A stretch of DNA of 64,000 nt, from NCBI GenBank assembly GCA_029242945.1, contig JAQWSZ010000004.1, forward strand, positions 8,671-72,670. The letters are read 5' to 3'. This stretch comes from Gammaproteobacteria bacterium. Its GTDB lineage: Bacteria > Pseudomonadota > Gammaproteobacteria > Steroidobacterales > UBA11654. Positions 48,556-58,633 of this stretch are shown piece by piece. Within the stretch, counting starts at the first letter, position 1. Every line of letters begins with the position of its first letter. The notes below the pieces were generated by a model. That model was not told the origin of the DNA, did no database searches, and saw only the letters and a program-made list of their open reading frames with translations. The position numbers were made by a program, and so were the translations under genes.

Positions 48556-49974
48556 ATGAAAAGTATTCTAGAAAATAAAGCATGGATTGTATTAATTTTT
48601 ATATCCTTAAATATTTCATCCCAACCGGCTTATAGTAAAAGTGAATCTGATTTAATTAATCAGGCTTATCAATCCACTTATAAACCTATAGCAAGTCCAA
48701 GAATACTAATTAAGAATGCAAATATTCTCACTGGAACAGGAGAACTGATAGAGAGTTCTTCAATTCTTATAGAGAATAATAAAATTGTTTCATTGGGCAA
48801 TGATGATGCTGATGATGCAGAAATTATTGATGCTAAGGGTAAGTGGATTACACCTGGTATTATTGATATCCATTCCCATATGGGAGTTTACCCTGCACCG
48901 TCACTCAGAGGTAATAGTGATGGCAATGAAGCAACCAGTCCTGTGACTCCTCATGTTTGGGCAGAACATTCTGTCTGGACCCAAGATCCTCAGTTTACTC
49001 TTGCTCTTAAAGGTGGGGTTACTACTTTTCATGTTTTACCTGGTTCAGCGAACCTATTTGGGGGTAGGGGCGTTACTCTTAAAAATATTAGGAGTGTTAC
49101 AGTTCAAGGCATGAAATTTCCAAATGCACCTTATACCCTTAAGATGGCATGCGGTGAAAATCCAAAAAGAGTTTATGGCAATAGAGAAAGTGAGCCTTCT
49201 ACACGTATGGGGAATGTAGCTGGTTATAGAGATGCTTGGATCGATGCTCAACACTATATGGAGCAAATGGCATTAAATGATGCAAGCAACTTAGAAGATG
49301 ACTCTAACGATGATCAGGAATCATTTAAAAGAGATTTAAAAATGGAAACATTATCTGGCGTTCTCAGAGGGGAAATTCTGATTCAAAATCATTGCTATCG
49401 AGGAGAGGAAATGGCGGTAATGATGGATATAGCTAAAGAATTCAATTATAAAGTCACTGCTTTTCATCATGCTATCGAAGCTTATAAGGTTGCAGATCTA
49501 CTAGCTGAAAATGGAGTTTGTGCCGCTATGTGGGCTGACTGGTGGGGTTTTAAAAATGAAGCTTATGATATGGTCTGGGAAAATGTCGCTATGGTTGATC
49601 AAGCTCTCAATGCTAACGGTTGTGCAATTGTTCATTCTGATTCTGCTGTTGGCATCCAACATCTCAATCAAGAAGCCTCTAAAGCTAGATCTGCTGGCTT
49701 AAGAGCAGGATTGAATATTTCTAAAGCCAGAGCTATAAGATGGATCACTATTAACCCAGCTAAGGCCCTGGGAATTGCTGATCGTGTTGGAAGTCTTGAA
49801 GTAGGTAAAATGGCAGATCTTGTTATTTGGGATGGCGATCCTTTTAGTACTTTTACTAAAGCTGAAAGAGTATTTATAGATGGCCATTTATCATTCGATG
49901 CAACCAGTGATAACAGTTTTATAAGAACAGACTTTGATCTAGGCATTATAGAACCAGGGCGTGATAGATTATGA
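48556..49974 (+). CDS. Secreted amidohydrolase-superfamily enzyme (COG1228-type dipeptidase/imidazolonepropionase-like)
   Basis: 472 aa. Signal peptide. GIIDIHSH metal-binding block. C-terminal GSLEVGKMADLVIWDGDP. Confidence 0.85.
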   Translation: MKSILENKAWIVLIFISLNISSQPAYSKSESDLINQAYQSTYKPIASPRILIKNANILTGTGELIESSSILIENNKIVSLGNDDADDAEIIDAKGKWITPGIIDIHSHMGVYPAPSLRGNSDGNEATSPVTPHVWAEHSVWTQDPQFTLALKGGVTTFHVLPGSANLFGGRGVTLKNIRSVTVQGMKFPNAPYTLKMACGENPKRVYGNRESEPSTRMGNVAGYRDAWIDAQHYMEQMALNDASNLEDDSNDDQESFKRDLKMETLSGVLRGEILIQNHCYRGEEMAVMMDIAKEFNYKVTAFHHAIEAYKVADLLAENGVCAAMWADWWGFKNEAYDMVWENVAMVDQALNANGCAIVHSDSAVGIQHLNQEASKARSAGLRAGLNISKARAIRWITINPAKALGIADRVGSLEVGKMADLVIWDGDPFSTFTKAERVFIDGHLSFDATSDNSFIRTDFDLGIIEPGRDRL

Positions 49975-51209
49975 AAATTTTAAAAACGTATCTGTTTTTC
50001 TTATTGTGCACACCTTTGTATGCAGAGAACCAAGAGATAATTTTGATTAAGAATGCCACGATTATGACTGCAATGGAGGCAGGGATACTCGAAGATACTG
50101 ATCTTCTTATTAATAATGGCTTAATAGCAGAAGTAGGACAAAATCTTGAATACAATGGAGCGTTTGTTATTGATGCATCCAATCATTTTATAACACCAGG
50201 CTTGATAGCACCACAGAGTATGATTGGCATTCAAGAAATAGAGCTTGAGACTGAAACAAGAGATGATTCAAGTCATTACTTCTCTTCTGGATTCAGTATT
50301 ATTGATGCTTTTAACCCTTCTTCTGCTTTGATTCCATATAACAGAACAGGGGGCATCACTACTGCTATTGTCTCTCCATCTTCTGGTAATCATATTTTTT
50401 CAGGAATGGCTTCAGCTTTTAAACTTGATGGGAAATTAACAGAAGAAGCAATTGGTGAGAATGTGGCTATGATTATGAGTTTCGGAGGCAGTGAGGACTC
50501 AAGAGCCTCAAAGATGTTAATGCTAAAAGACTCAATTATAAAAGCTAAAAATTATCATAAATCAAGATCACAAATAATGAGAGGAGGCTATTTTGATTTT
50601 GGTAATTATACGCCGAGAGACTTAGAAGCAATATTAAGGCTTATTGGTAGAGAAATTCCTTTAATTATTAGAGTCAATAGGGCGAGAGATATGTTAAGGA
50701 TGATTCGATTCTCTAATGAAAATAAAATTGAGATTATTTTTTCAGGAGCAAAAGAAGCTTGGCGAATTGCTGACAAAATTGCAATTGAATCAATACCAGT
50801 AATCTTAGATCCTATGGATAATATCCCTAGTTCCTTTGATTCCATAGCTGCTAGGATGGACAATGCCGTGATACTTAATAATGCAGGCGTTAAATTACTG
50901 ATTACATCTCAAGTCACTCATAATTCTTATCTTAGTAGGCAAGGTGCTGGTAATGCTGTTGCTTATGGGCTTCCAGAACACGAAGCATTAAAAGCATTAA
51001 CTATAAATGTGGCTACTGTATTCGGACTATCTGAGTCAATTGGTTCTATAGAGGTTGGAAAAGATGCTGATATTTTAATTTGGAATGGTCATCCTTTAGA
51101 AGTTTCCTCATTTACAAAAGAAATATATATTGATGGGAAAAACATTGATACCCTCACTAGATCTCAGATGCTGAGAGATCGTTATCTTAAAAGACTGGGT
51201 TTGGATTAG
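49971..51209 (+). CDS. Secreted amidohydrolase-superfamily paralogue
   Basis: 412 aa. Signal peptide. C-terminal GSIEVGKDADILIWNGHP. The N-terminal metal block is degenerate (no HxH seen). ATGA overlap with the upstream paralogue. Confidence 0.75.
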   Translation: MKILKTYLFFLLCTPLYAENQEIILIKNATIMTAMEAGILEDTDLLINNGLIAEVGQNLEYNGAFVIDASNHFITPGLIAPQSMIGIQEIELETETRDDSSHYFSSGFSIIDAFNPSSALIPYNRTGGITTAIVSPSSGNHIFSGMASAFKLDGKLTEEAIGENVAMIMSFGGSEDSRASKMLMLKDSIIKAKNYHKSRSQIMRGGYFDFGNYTPRDLEAILRLIGREIPLIIRVNRARDMLRMIRFSNENKIEIIFSGAKEAWRIADKIAIESIPVILDPMDNIPSSFDSIAARMDNAVILNNAGVKLLITSQVTHNSYLSRQGAGNAVAYGLPEHEALKALTINVATVFGLSESIGSIEVGKDADILIWNGHPLEVSSFTKEIYIDGKNIDTLTRSQMLRDRYLKRLGLD

Positions 51210-52978
51210 TTAAAGTTTTCTCTATCATTAATGGTTTGGTCCATTAGATTCATATACTCAGAAACATCACTAGGCTTGGTCATTGTATTAATATCTAAAT
51301 TATAGTTTGAGTTTGATAAACTCTCAATTCCAAGACTGGATTTTGATGCAAAGACTTCTCCATTGTTTCTATCTAATGAAACCTTATCAACCAATAAAAT
51401 AATCTCATTTAGTTCAAGATCATTCAATAAAAGGTATTGATCTATTGAAAAAGGGTCTTTTGCAATAGGTTGCTGAGTAATTTCTTCATCACTCACTTCA
51501 ATTAGCTCTAGATAATCTGAATAATTTCTAGATTCAGAAGAATTGATAGTGGCGTCCTTAACCCAAGCTAAATATATTCTAGGTTCATTTTCTGAATCAC
51601 CAGTTATTTTATCTTTATAAAGATCTATGCCAAGTCCAATATCAAAACTGCCCAGTCCAATATCAAACCAATATAAATCAAACTGATAGCCCAGATCAAA
51701 ATTAACATAGTCTGTTCTATTGCCTCTTAGTTGATAAGCAGCAGTAGATCCTTTATTTAGTTGACCAATAGATAAGCTTGATTTGAATAATTGAGAATTC
51801 TCACCAATTAAAATGCCTCCCATTGAGAGAAGAAGTGAATCACCATCTATACTATGACCAATATTCATTCCCTCATATCTATAGCCCTCTTGATAGAAAG
51901 GATTTTGATATGCACAACCATTATTCAACGAGTTATTTTTATAAAAAGCACAAGTGGTTGAGGCCAACTCCGTGAATATACGATATCCTTCAAGATTTTT
52001 AAAGTCTTCGATTGAGCCCCAAGTTTCAAAACCAAAAAGACCCATAGAATCTTTCAATGACTCGCCCATTATTTGACCATATATAGCAAAAGGAAGATCT
52101 CTCAATTGGTGAGAAGACCTAAAGTCAAAACCTAGTAATGTATAGGATGAGTCTTCATTATATAGACTTGATGTTATGCATAGCTCATTACATATTATTT
52201 TTTTCCCGTTATCGATAGAAGTTCCAACTAGACCAATTTCTAAATTATCTAATGGTCTGGTTCCAACTCTCATACCATAGAAATTTCTTGAGTTTTCTAT
52301 TTCACTAATCAATAAAGAGAGATCCCATGGTCCTATCCAATTCAAAATTCCTGACTCTATAGGATCTGAAAAATTTCTTTCAATGGAGAGGCCAGTTAAT
52401 GGCCGGGCATTAGTTGATAGTGCCAAACTTCCATTCCAGCCTGGCCCCCACCAATTCTTTTTAGATCCTAATGAAAATGAATAATTACCTTTAGCAACAG
52501 ATATGTATGATTCATCCATAGTTGACATACCATTTGTTTTATCAACTTTGAGATTGACTGCAATATTTTTAGAAAAATAAGAAGCATTAGCTGCGATGTA
52601 TTTACTATTAGTAATTACATTATCAAATGATGTTATTCGCTTTGGATTTTTTGAGATTTGTATTTCTGTTGCTCCAAATACACCTAATTCTTGTGCGTTC
52701 ATCAAGGATTCTCGAATACGATTATAAGATGCCAATTCAATTAAAGACATCTCAGATTCACTTTTGGATAAATTGTAGGCTATATCACCCCAAGATAATG
52801 GCCATGTTGTGATTGGAATATTTAATACTCCAGAATCAACCAAGAGATGAATATCATGTCTAATCAATAGATCATCAGGGTTTGACCATGGCTCAGCCTT
52901 GATAGAGTATGAATTAATCATTAAAGCAAAAGCTAAATTTGCTACAAAGATATTCTTAAATATGATTCTGTTTTTCAT
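51206..52978 (-). CDS. Wzi-like (capsule-assembly family) outer-membrane beta-barrel protein with an acidic C-terminal extension
   Basis: 590 aa. Signal peptide. The N-terminal block PDDLLIRHDIHLLVDSGVLNIPITTWPLSWGDIAYNL resembles the Wzi helical bundle, followed by beta-strand-like alternation. Confidence 0.5.
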   Translation of the reverse strand: MKNRIIFKNIFVANLAFALMINSYSIKAEPWSNPDDLLIRHDIHLLVDSGVLNIPITTWPLSWGDIAYNLSKSESEMSLIELASYNRIRESLMNAQELGVFGATEIQISKNPKRITSFDNVITNSKYIAANASYFSKNIAVNLKVDKTNGMSTMDESYISVAKGNYSFSLGSKKNWWGPGWNGSLALSTNARPLTGLSIERNFSDPIESGILNWIGPWDLSLLISEIENSRNFYGMRVGTRPLDNLEIGLVGTSIDNGKKIICNELCITSSLYNEDSSYTLLGFDFRSSHQLRDLPFAIYGQIMGESLKDSMGLFGFETWGSIEDFKNLEGYRIFTELASTTCAFYKNNSLNNGCAYQNPFYQEGYRYEGMNIGHSIDGDSLLLSMGGILIGENSQLFKSSLSIGQLNKGSTAAYQLRGNRTDYVNFDLGYQFDLYWFDIGLGSFDIGLGIDLYKDKITGDSENEPRIYLAWVKDATINSSESRNYSDYLELIEVSDEEITQQPIAKDPFSIDQYLLLNDLELNEIILLVDKVSLDRNNGEVFASKSSLGIESLSNSNYNLDINTMTKPSDVSEYMNLMDQTINDRENFN

Positions 52979-53070
52979 TGTTCTGTATTCTACTACTTAT
53001 GATCATCCAATGTTAAAAATATATAGATAATTGAAAATAATCATTTTTGAAATATAATCAAGGCAGCATT

Positions 53071-54930
53071 ATGAAAATCAGAAATAAATTAATCTTTTTT
53101 ACACTCGCTATTACCTTTGTGAGTTCTTGTAGTATTTTTTTAGAGAAAACTGCAGTTGATCCTAATACCATAAGAATGACACAATCGGGAAGTGTTATTG
53201 GTCTTGATAATGGCAAAACATATCAGTGGTTAGGTATTCAGTATGGGAGTATTCCTAATGCTAATTTTAGATGGAAAAAAGCTAAACAACCCACCCCTTG
53301 GGAAGGCATAAAAGAAGCTATTAAATTTGGTGATTTTTGCACTCAAAAAGCTTCATTGATTAATTCCAGCGTAGGCCTATGGAACAACACTGTTGGCTCA
53401 GAAGATTGTCTTAATTTGAATATCTGGACCCCCAAAACATTCAAGGATGAGGTTGATAATATTTCAAAATATCCCGTGATGGTATGGATACACGGGGGAA
53501 GTAATATGTCAGGAAATTCTGATTTCTATAATCCTACGCAATTGGTTCAAAGTCATGATGTTATTGTGGTGACCATTAATTATAGATTAGGGCCTTTTGG
53601 GTGGTTTAATCATCCTAGTATCAATCAATTTTCAAATGAAATTAATTCTTCAGGTAATTATGGCAATCTCGATACCATTCAAGCGTTAGAATGGATACAA
53701 AATAATATTAGTAATTTTGGTGGTGATAAGAATAATGTCACAATTTTTGGAGAGTCAGCGGGCGGCTATAATGTTGCAGCTTTACTTGCATCACCAATAG
53801 CAGTAGGCCTATTCCATAAAGCCATTATACAAAGTGGAGGCATTAAGCCTGGAGACATTGATCATGCACAAAGTTATTTATCCAACCCTATACCCTGGAA
53901 GAATTACACCTCAAGGGAGCTTTTTAATCATCTGTTAATCATTAAAAATATGGCTGCAGAAAGAGAGGAAGCTTTACAAGTTCAATTGAAAATGGATGAT
54001 CAAGTTATTAATGACATTTTAAGATCTGCCACAACAGATGAGATTTATAAAGCCTATATGGATTCGAAAATTAACACCAATGAGATGCTAAGGCCATTTC
54101 CTGATGGTAATGTTTTAAATGAGAAAGGGATCATTGAATCTATGAAAAGTGGATATTCTGCAAGAATTCCTGTTATTTTTGGAACAAATAGGGATGAAAA
54201 TAAACTTTTCCTAATAGAAAATGAAAGACTCACTAGAAGTATTTTTGGATTGCCATTCATTAAGGATATCGAAGTTTACAATTCAGTTTCAAAACATCGT
54301 TCTAATACTTGGAAATTATTAGCGGTTGATAATCCAGCTAGGCTCTTAGTAAATTCTGGTAAGGAGTCTGTTTTTGCATATCGCTTTGATTGGGATGAAG
54401 AACCAAAAAAATATGGCCTTGATTTATCAGATTTGCTTGGAGCAGCACATGCATTTGAGATTCCATTTGTTATGGGAGATTTTGAAATGGATACATTATC
54501 AGATTATATGGTGAGCAGAAAGAATAAAAAATCAATGAAGCAATTGTCAGATTCAATGATGAGTTATTGGGCTGAATTTGCATACAATGGTGATCCTGGA
54601 AATGGTAGAAGCAATGACCTGCCTGTTTGGAACTCATGGTCGGAAATAAACGAGCAATCACCAAGATACATCATTTTTGATTCATATAGAGACCGTGGTA
54701 TTAGAATGTCATCTAAGAATCTTACCAAGGAATCTTTATTTCTTCAGATAGCAGAAGATGAAAATCTTAATGATAAGTATAAATGCGAAATGGTTGATAT
54801 TGCTATTCAATACGATGACTTGGAAAACCCAGAATATTTATATGAATTCGATGAAGGGCTTTGCAAAGACTTTAATCCAGACATAGAATGGAGACAATAT
54901 TGGTATGAAGAAATGGATGAACCATGGTAA
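53071..54930 (+). CDS. Type-B carboxylesterase/lipase, probable lipoprotein
   Basis: EDCLNLNIWTP, FGESAGG nucleophile elbow. The ATG at 53071 gives MKIRNKLIFFTLAITFVSSC, a lipobox-like signal; I prefer it over TTG 53047. Confidence 0.85.
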   Translation: MKIRNKLIFFTLAITFVSSCSIFLEKTAVDPNTIRMTQSGSVIGLDNGKTYQWLGIQYGSIPNANFRWKKAKQPTPWEGIKEAIKFGDFCTQKASLINSSVGLWNNTVGSEDCLNLNIWTPKTFKDEVDNISKYPVMVWIHGGSNMSGNSDFYNPTQLVQSHDVIVVTINYRLGPFGWFNHPSINQFSNEINSSGNYGNLDTIQALEWIQNNISNFGGDKNNVTIFGESAGGYNVAALLASPIAVGLFHKAIIQSGGIKPGDIDHAQSYLSNPIPWKNYTSRELFNHLLIIKNMAAEREEALQVQLKMDDQVINDILRSATTDEIYKAYMDSKINTNEMLRPFPDGNVLNEKGIIESMKSGYSARIPVIFGTNRDENKLFLIENERLTRSIFGLPFIKDIEVYNSVSKHRSNTWKLLAVDNPARLLVNSGKESVFAYRFDWDEEPKKYGLDLSDLLGAAHAFEIPFVMGDFEMDTLSDYMVSRKNKKSMKQLSDSMMSYWAEFAYNGDPGNGRSNDLPVWNSWSEINEQSPRYIIFDSYRDRGIRMSSKNLTKESLFLQIAEDENLNDKYKCEMVDIAIQYDDLENPEYLYEFDEGLCKDFNPDIEWRQYWYEEMDEPW

Positions 54931-55388
54931 AGAATATACAATACTGGCTAATGAAATCTGAACCAGATACTTATAGTATTGATGACTTAGAGTCATTTGG
55001 TATTGATCACTGGGATGGCATTAGAAATTATCAAGTTAGGAATTTCTTCAGGGATAAGATGCAAATCAAAGATAAAGCTTTCTTTTATCACTCAAATTGC
55101 AAAGAACCTGGCATCGTTGGTTTGATGGAGATAGCCAGTAATGCCTACCCAGATCATACGGCTTTCATTAAAGGAGAAAAGTACTTCGATTCAAAAAGTG
55201 ATCCAGAGAAACCAAGATGGTTAATGGTTGATGTTAAGTATCAAAGACATTTAAAAAGAAAGATTACACTCAGTGATCTTAGAAATCAGAAATCTTTAGA
55301 ATCAATGCGACTTCTGCAACGAGGAAATAGACTATCAGTAATTCCATTGGAAAAAAAAGAATGGGATTATATTATTGAAATGGAGTAG
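54924..55388 (+). CDS. EVE (PUA-like) domain protein
   Basis: 154 aa. YWLMKSEPDTYSIDDL...WDGIRNYQVRNF... is typical of EVE. The ATG overlaps the esterase stop (ATGGTAA). Confidence 0.85.
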   Translation: MVKNIQYWLMKSEPDTYSIDDLESFGIDHWDGIRNYQVRNFFRDKMQIKDKAFFYHSNCKEPGIVGLMEIASNAYPDHTAFIKGEKYFDSKSDPEKPRWLMVDVKYQRHLKRKITLSDLRNQKSLESMRLLQRGNRLSVIPLEKKEWDYIIEME

Positions 55389-55395
55389 CCAAGCC

Positions 55396-55824
55396 ATGAT
55401 TATCAGGAATAAAAACTATCTTTTAGTAATCTTAGCGATCTTATTTTCTAGCATTGCATTTGATATTGTTGCTGATGACTATAAACGTGGTGAAGTTTCT
55501 ATTACTAGTCCATTGGATGGTGAAATTGTCAGCCAAACCTTCAGAGTTGTGTTTGATATCAAGAATTTTGATTTATCTCCTGCAGGTACCTTTGATGAGA
55601 ATACAGGACATCATCATTTAATTATTGATGCAGCATTACCAAATTTAAATTCTCCAATTCCAAGTAGTGCTAATTATCTACATTTTGGCAAAGCCCAGGA
55701 GTATGCAGATATTACGTTAGCTCCAGGTAAGCATACCCTACAGCTATTATTGGGCGATGGAAATCATATTCCTCACAAAAAACCCATATTTTCAAAACCA
55801 ATTGAAATTAAAGTCAAACCCTAG
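55396..55824 (+). CDS. Secreted DUF4399-domain protein
   Basis: Signal peptide from the Met at 55396. The GHHHLIID block is characteristic of DUF4399. Confidence 0.6.
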   Translation: MIIRNKNYLLVILAILFSSIAFDIVADDYKRGEVSITSPLDGEIVSQTFRVVFDIKNFDLSPAGTFDENTGHHHLIIDAALPNLNSPIPSSANYLHFGKAQEYADITLAPGKHTLQLLLGDGNHIPHKKPIFSKPIEIKVKP

Positions 55825-56623
55825 TTGGCAGTTCTATATCTATTAAAAATTCATCTAAAAGTTTGACAGTTAATTGTGTATCAAGTTCTGGAGAAGCAAT
55901 CAGTGTTTTTCCTAATCTTGCAATTCTTGCAGATGGTATATCTTTCTTAATAGTTTCTAATTTATCAATAAAAAAATCATTAACTGCTGACATCACCAGA
56001 ATAGGGCACTTAACTTGACGAAGAACATCAGCAAAGTCTTGCTCTTTTAGAGAGGCAAAGGCTTGATTTCTTCCGTCTATAGATCTTAAGCCTCCAATGA
56101 GTTCTGAATTAACCAAGGTTTCATCAAAAATTGGAAAAAGACTTTTAATAAGAGCAAAACGTTCATGTAGGTATTTACCAGCAGTATCTGGTTTTGGAAC
56201 TGGTTTAAAACTTTTAAAAAATAGTTCTCTTTCATTCTTTGAGAAATAAGCTGCTCCATTTAAAGTCATTGATATTACCCTCTTAGGCCACAGCAATGCT
56301 ATTTCAGCTGCAAAGTGTGTGCCTGTATGATGTGCATAAATATGAAAGAGATCAATATTTAGAGCATCTATAGCTTCACAAAGCCAGTCTCTATAATGAT
56401 TAATACTTGGCATTGCTTCAGGGTCAAAAGAGTTACCAAATCCAGGTGTATCAATTGCATAAATTGGTCTTTTGCCTCTAAATTCATACATCATTCTTTC
56501 ATACATTACAGAGCTGCTAGGAGTTCTATGAAATAGAACGAGCGGTATTCCTATGCCTTCAGAGTATCTATAGTGTATTTGTCCTGAATTGATGTTGATG
56601 TAGGATTTTTTTATTTCTACCAT
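55814..56623 (-). CDS. Alpha/beta-hydrolase-fold protein with an atypical nucleophile elbow
   Basis: 269 aa. Abhydrolase layout (…PLVLFHRTPSS…, DTPGFGNS). The elbow reads Y-A-H-H-T-G-T (His where Ser/Asp is expected). Confidence 0.65.
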   Translation of the reverse strand: MVEIKKSYININSGQIHYRYSEGIGIPLVLFHRTPSSSVMYERMMYEFRGKRPIYAIDTPGFGNSFDPEAMPSINHYRDWLCEAIDALNIDLFHIYAHHTGTHFAAEIALLWPKRVISMTLNGAAYFSKNERELFFKSFKPVPKPDTAGKYLHERFALIKSLFPIFDETLVNSELIGGLRSIDGRNQAFASLKEQDFADVLRQVKCPILVMSAVNDFFIDKLETIKKDIPSARIARLGKTLIASPELDTQLTVKLLDEFLIDIELPTRV

Positions 56624-56735
56624 GAGTAAAATATACTAGAGTTAGCTGTCTAATTTAATTCAAAAAAAATATAAAATTATGTATCGTAATCACTGATATA
56701 GATTAATTTAATAGTTTGTAAATTGATATAATGAA

Positions 56736-57305
56736 ATGATGAAAAAAAGAATAATTATAGGTATATCAGGAGCGAGTGGCGTTATTTATGGAATACGTTT
56801 GCTTCAGGTATTGAAAGATGATCTAGAAATTGAAACGCATTTAGTTTTGACTAAAGGTGGAAAACTTAATATTACGCTTGAAACTGATTTTGATATTAAA
56901 TCAATTGAGGCTATGGCAGATGTAGTTCATAGCGACAAAAATCTAGGCGCCAGTATTGCTAGCGGTTCATTTCAAACATTGGGGATGATTATTGCACCAT
57001 GTTCGATGAAAACACTATCTGGCATAGTTAATTCATATGCCACAAATTTAATTGTAAGAGCCTCTGACGTTATTTTAAAGGAAAGCAGACAACTTATTAT
57101 AGTACCAAGAGAAACGCCTCTGCATACAGGGCATTGTGAATTACTATATAAAGCTTCAGTGATGGGTGCTCATATTGTTCCACCAAATCCTGCTTTTTAT
57201 AATAATCCTGAATCTTTAGACGACATTATTAATCACACAGTGGGGAGAGTTTTAGATTTGATGGGTCTAGATAATGATATTGTTTCTCGATGGGATGGTG
57301 TTTAA
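56736..57305 (+). CDS. ubiX: UbiX-family flavin prenyltransferase (prFMN synthase)
   Basis: 189 aa. IIIGISGASGVIYGIRLL, IAPCSMKTLSGI, PRETPLH blocks. Confidence 0.9.
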   Translation: MMKKRIIIGISGASGVIYGIRLLQVLKDDLEIETHLVLTKGGKLNITLETDFDIKSIEAMADVVHSDKNLGASIASGSFQTLGMIIAPCSMKTLSGIVNSYATNLIVRASDVILKESRQLIIVPRETPLHTGHCELLYKASVMGAHIVPPNPAFYNNPESLDDIINHTVGRVLDLMGLDNDIVSRWDGV

Positions 57306-57312
57306 TTCGAGA

Positions 57313-57831
57313 ATGGATGGTAGCACTTCAGTTGATGATTTACTCACCAAAGTTAAATTATTATTAACTTCACATAATACAATCTCTATTGCTTCAACCC
57401 AGGAAAAGAAAGTATCAGCGGCAAGTGTTTTCTATGTATCCGATACCAATCTAAATATTTATTTTCTTTCTTTTGATAAAAGTACCCACTCAAAAAATAT
57501 TTTTAAAAATAGAAATATAGCCGCTACCATCAATAAGGATGTTGAGGATTGGTCAGATATTAAAGGGCTTCAAATTAAGGGATATTCAGAGAAGCTAGAT
57601 ATACATCAAAGAGAAGAAGTACTTAATAGATACAAAAGAAAGTTCAAATACTTGGATCAAATTATAAACGCACCTAAAAATAGTAATGAACAAAAAATAG
57701 CAGAACAATTCCAAACAATCAGTGTTTTTGTTTTCACTCCAATCTTTCTTAGGTTAATTGATAATTCTCTAGGGTTTGGAAAAAAGATGGAGTTAACACG
57801 TGCAAATGGAGAATGGTTAAGAACCAGTTGA
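57313..57831 (+). CDS. Pyridoxamine-5'-phosphate-oxidase-like split-barrel flavoprotein
   Basis: Starts 7 nt after the ubiX stop (MDGSTSVDDLL...). The pattern ...TISIAST...VSAASVFYV.D.NLNIYFLS...S.HSKNI..N.NIAATI....D...IKGLQIKG is typical of the PNPOx/GSP26 family. Confidence 0.55.
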   Translation: MDGSTSVDDLLTKVKLLLTSHNTISIASTQEKKVSAASVFYVSDTNLNIYFLSFDKSTHSKNIFKNRNIAATINKDVEDWSDIKGLQIKGYSEKLDIHQREEVLNRYKRKFKYLDQIINAPKNSNEQKIAEQFQTISVFVFTPIFLRLIDNSLGFGKKMELTRANGEWLRTS

Positions 57832-57847
57832 CGATAAACTAAGTCAA

Positions 57848-58633
57848 TTACTCTCCACTGGAGTAAGCGGGTAATGTTCCTAGATGAACTCCACTATCCA
57901 TAATAAGAACCTCACCTGTTATTAGTTTTGCACCTTCAAGAAACCAAATTAAGGTTTCCGCAACATCCTCAGCAGTTGCTACCTCTTGTAGAGGTAGTTT
58001 TTTTCTTGACCCTTCAAGCATATTCTCATAATTCTCTTTGCTCATACCATCTTTGAGCCAACGAGTTTGAATCATTCCTGGAGCAACACTGTTAATACGA
58101 ATCTCAGGGCCAAGAATATGAGCTAATGATTTCGTCATCATATTTAATGCAGCTTTTGATGAAGCATAAGCAATGGATGAACCTATACCTGTAACACCAG
58201 CAAGAGACGAATCATTCACGATTGCGCCTTTTCCTACTTTTCTCATATGAGGTTCTACAGCTCTTACCATTTGATAGGCTCCCACTACATTTACGGCATA
58301 AATGTCCAGAAAGTCATCTTTAGTCAGTCCATCTAGATTTGAAAAGGCATTGAATTTTGTTTTGCCAGCATTATTAATCAAATAATCAATTCTTCCCCAT
58401 TTATCGACTGCAGCCTTAGCCATAGATTGACAATCATCATCATTGGATACATCACCTTGACATACCAAAACTTCAACTCCTTGTTGTTCAGCTAGTAAGG
58501 CAGTTTCTTTTGCTTCTTTTTCACTTCGAGTGTAATTAATAACAACATTACATCCTTTTTTGGCTAGTAAAATTGCAGCAGCAGAACCTACTCCTGTTGC
58601 TGATCCAGTGACTATTGCTACTTTTCCTTTCAT
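57848..58633 (-). CDS. Short-chain dehydrogenase/reductase (FabG-like)
   Basis: 261 aa. TGSATGVGSAAA cofactor motif, NNAG, catalytic S...YASSK. Confidence 0.9.
   Translation of the reverse strand: MKGKVAIVTGSATGVGSAAAILLAKKGCNVVINYTRSEKEAKETALLAEQQGVEVLVCQGDVSNDDDCQSMAKAAVDKWGRIDYLINNAGKTKFNAFSNLDGLTKDDFLDIYAVNVVGAYQMVRAVEPHMRKVGKGAIVNDSSLAGVTGIGSSIAYASSKAALNMMTKSLAHILGPEIRINSVAPGMIQTRWLKDGMSKENYENMLEGSRKKLPLQEVATAEDVAETLIWFLEGAKLITGEVLIMDSGVHLGTLPAYSSGE

Noticed and set aside
53047-53070. TTG start at 53047 for the carboxylesterase, and similar 5' extensions (21747 for the peroxidase, 25940 for the small membrane protein, 55375 for DUF4399, 57274 for the PNPOx-like gene, 19768 for the Cys-motif protein)
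   Set aside because: Internal ATGs give proper signal peptides or remove overlaps with upstream genes. The extensions are artefacts of longest-ORF calling.
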